The notes beneath the pieces are model-generated. The model saw nothing but the letters and a program-made list of their open reading frames with translations, made no database searches and was not told where the DNA came from. This document shows, piece by piece, positions 61,971 through 64,000 of a stretch of DNA of 64,000 bases. A program made the translations under genes and the position numbers. The stretch is from Hypanus sabinus (Eukaryota), in NCBI RefSeq assembly GCF_030144855.1, contig NW_026781450.1, positions 1 through 64,000 on the forward strand. The letters run 5' to 3'. How positions within the stretch are numbered: the first letter of the stretch is position 1; each line of letters starts with the position of its first letter.

Positions 61971-62831
61971 ATGGTGCGGGGGTCACTTTGCCTCCCGCTG
62001 ATTCTGGTGGCGATCCCGCGTAAGTTAAAATCACAGGTCTGGGGTTACGGGGGCACGGAATGTCCTCTGTATTGCAGTATCGGTTAGATTTCCTCGTCTG
62101 ATCACTGCAATGCGTTAACGCGCTTTTCGGTGATGGGCTGCCGAATAGAGCATTTAAACGGCGTCTGCTTCAGCTTTGAAGGGGATATCAAGCGATCTTT
62201 CCGAGGGTATGTGGGACCCTGCGACGAATTGAACGCGGACCAAACGCGACTATGCGAATATCCTGCAGGGGATTCAACGGCAGTTCTTCACTCCGTTTCA
62301 ATGGCTCTCGTTGTGTCTGAATCAGAGTGAGTCGGAGTCAGAGCTGTCTCGCCTGCTGCGTGTCTATTCAGCCCGTCGATTCTCACCGCCAGTGGAATCT
62401 GGTAGTGCCGTGAGGATGGCCAATCGTGTAATGGAAAAGTGAGCAGGGTCTTCGAGATCGCCAGAAATGTCCTTCTGTCCAGCTCAGCACTTGATGTTCA
62501 ATCGGAAAAAAAATTGGAGTCGAATCTTTTCTTTTTTTCTATCTTCTAGGGATTCTCTCCGCGTATGTGGAGCAATCGCCGTCCTCCCTGTCACTCGGTG
62601 TGGGACAGCCGTTCAGCATCGAAAGCACTGTGCTGAATACGGGCTATTGGTACAGACAGCGATCGGACCGGATAATAGATGCTCTCTTCTATTCTGTTGG
62701 ACAAGGTTCTGTTACGAACCACACATCCGATTCCTTCACGGCGACAAGACCCAGCAGCACTCTGGATAAACTGGAACTGGGACGGGCATCGGCCTTCCAC
62801 TCCGCCGTCTACTACTGCACTTGTAATAGCG
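61971..62831 (+). CDS. TRBV: V20: family B V with an open frame but no Cys23 (probably non-functional ORF)
   Basis: Leader 61971-62019; exon 62550-62831. FSIESTVLNTGYWY has Ser at the Cys23 position and a shortened CDR1. RSS CACAGAA (62832-62838), 22 bp, GCAAAAACA (62861-62869). Confidence 0.85.
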
Positions 62832-63569
62832 CACAGAACTACAGATAACGAGTCTAGCCTGCAAAAACATTCCAGCCTGCAGCAGGGAGGTTCAGTGGCC
62901 ATTTTGTACGAGTAGGTGGCAGCACAAGACCGTGTTCGACTGTTCCTTTCTGTCACGAACTCGGCTGCCTTTCCGCGCGTGCACCTGCTATCTCGGATAT
63001 CACATCGACAAGCAAAGGGGCTTTGATGAATAACGGCCTGCTGTACCATCTGCTCTGCAACTGACGGCAGGAAACCCGAGAGGGCCCTGCCCACAGAGCA
63101 CATCGCTCAAACCTCTCCTTATTCCGCACATCTCGTTACCCCAGTAAAGGAGCCGATGATAATAAAGGCTCCAGTCACCAATCGAGCAGCTTCTCTGCCT
63201 TCGTTACCCTACTCTTATGCTCGAGGATGGGACAATGATACGGTTTCTCGAAATCACAATCTACCTCTCCCTAGTCCTGCGGTTTTCTCTGTCGAATTTA
63301 ATCATTTTTGATGAAACTTATTCTACTCCAATGAACTGTGATCAGTATGCAAGACCAGAGTTTCACCGTAATTCCATAGATGCAGCAAGTGTAAACGGAT
63401 TTATTAATTTACCTTTCTCTATATCAATGCAAAATGTAATGAACTGTTTTCTGCGAACAAGCTTTACACGGCATAACTGTATAGGGCCAGACATTATAAT
63501 TCTGATTCCCATTCACGTTTTGACGTGTCGGTTCTTGCCGACCCCTGGCGTCAAGACGAGGCTACAGTC

Positions 63570-63845
63570 AAGGTAGAGGAACAACTTCTTATATTCCATC
63601 TGAGTACCCTCCAACTTGATGGTGTATATTACTGTTACCTTTTCCTTTTGCTCGAATGACTATTGCTCCTCCCTTGAAACTCTCCTCCTTCCCCTTCCCC
63701 TGTTTTCCGTCTCCTCTCCTATCATATAGCATATTCTTCCCACTCCATCCCCTTTTAACCATCCCGCAACTATTATTTCAGGAAGTTTCCCGCACCCTCC
63801 ACCCCGCTCCACTTTTCACACCCAGTCCTGATGAAAGGTCTTGGC
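63570..63845 (+). mobile_element. Penelope-like 3' fragment
   Basis: ATVKVEEQLLIFHLSTLQLDGVY plus tail. Confidence 0.6.
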
Positions 63846-64000
63846 CGGAATCGTCCAAAGTTACACTTTTCCACACGCCATCAAGAGCGGGAGGGCGCGA
63901 GTCTCCGGCCACAGAAAATCCTTCCACCTATTGAGCAAAATGTGCAGAACTGGCTCCTCGCCACGTGAGGGCAGCAGTACACTATACATCGCTGCACATT

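Noticed and set aside
274-62831. Alternative identity as IgH, IgL, IgNAR, TCR gamma/delta or NAR-TCR V genes
   Set aside because: There is no Ig octamer promoter or cluster organisation. The CAWS/CACSS ends, LFYS, F.A.RP motifs, 23-bp RSS and CRE decamer fit TRBV better. A phylogeny is still needed for certainty.
274-64000. D, J or C segments, 12-bp-spacer RSSs, or germline-joined VDJ
   Set aside because: I saw no FGxG J motif with a 5' RSS, no C-domain exon and no V fused to D/J. Every recognisable V exon ends at its own heptamer or is truncated.

Overview
This is eukaryotic genomic DNA, inferred to come from a cartilaginous fish (probably a ray or skate) on the basis of its repeats and V-gene style. 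It is part of a T-cell receptor beta variable-gene array. I can read 20 V segments, each with a V exon and a 3' recombination signal sequence (RSS) with a 23-bp spacer (22 bp in two cases); most also have a recognisable leader exon. Eleven look intact, one is open but lacks Cys23, eight are pseudogenes, and there are several further relics. The V proteins resemble the TRBV30/'CAWS' type. No D, J or C segments are visible. The array is bidirectional: all genes left of about 28.0 kb are on the minus strand and all genes right of about 28.7 kb are on the plus strand. It was built by one ~17-kb direct duplication and several inverted duplications that carry shared transposon fossils (Tc1-like, Penelope-like, Rex1/Babar, CR1, V-SINE). 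The most interesting unexplained structure is regulatory. CTCF-like motifs sit 39-42 bp behind the RSS nonamer in three V groups whose flanks are otherwise unrelated, about 21 CTCF-like motifs follow the polarity of their arm, and the promoters carry exact ETS-CRE composite motifs. There are also signs of gene conversion and of chimaeric V genes whose junctions lie at the RSS. Labels V1-V20 and families A1/A2/B/B2/C/D are my own working names. All coordinates were counted by hand, and protein comparisons to human TRBV30 are from memory and need an alignment to confirm.
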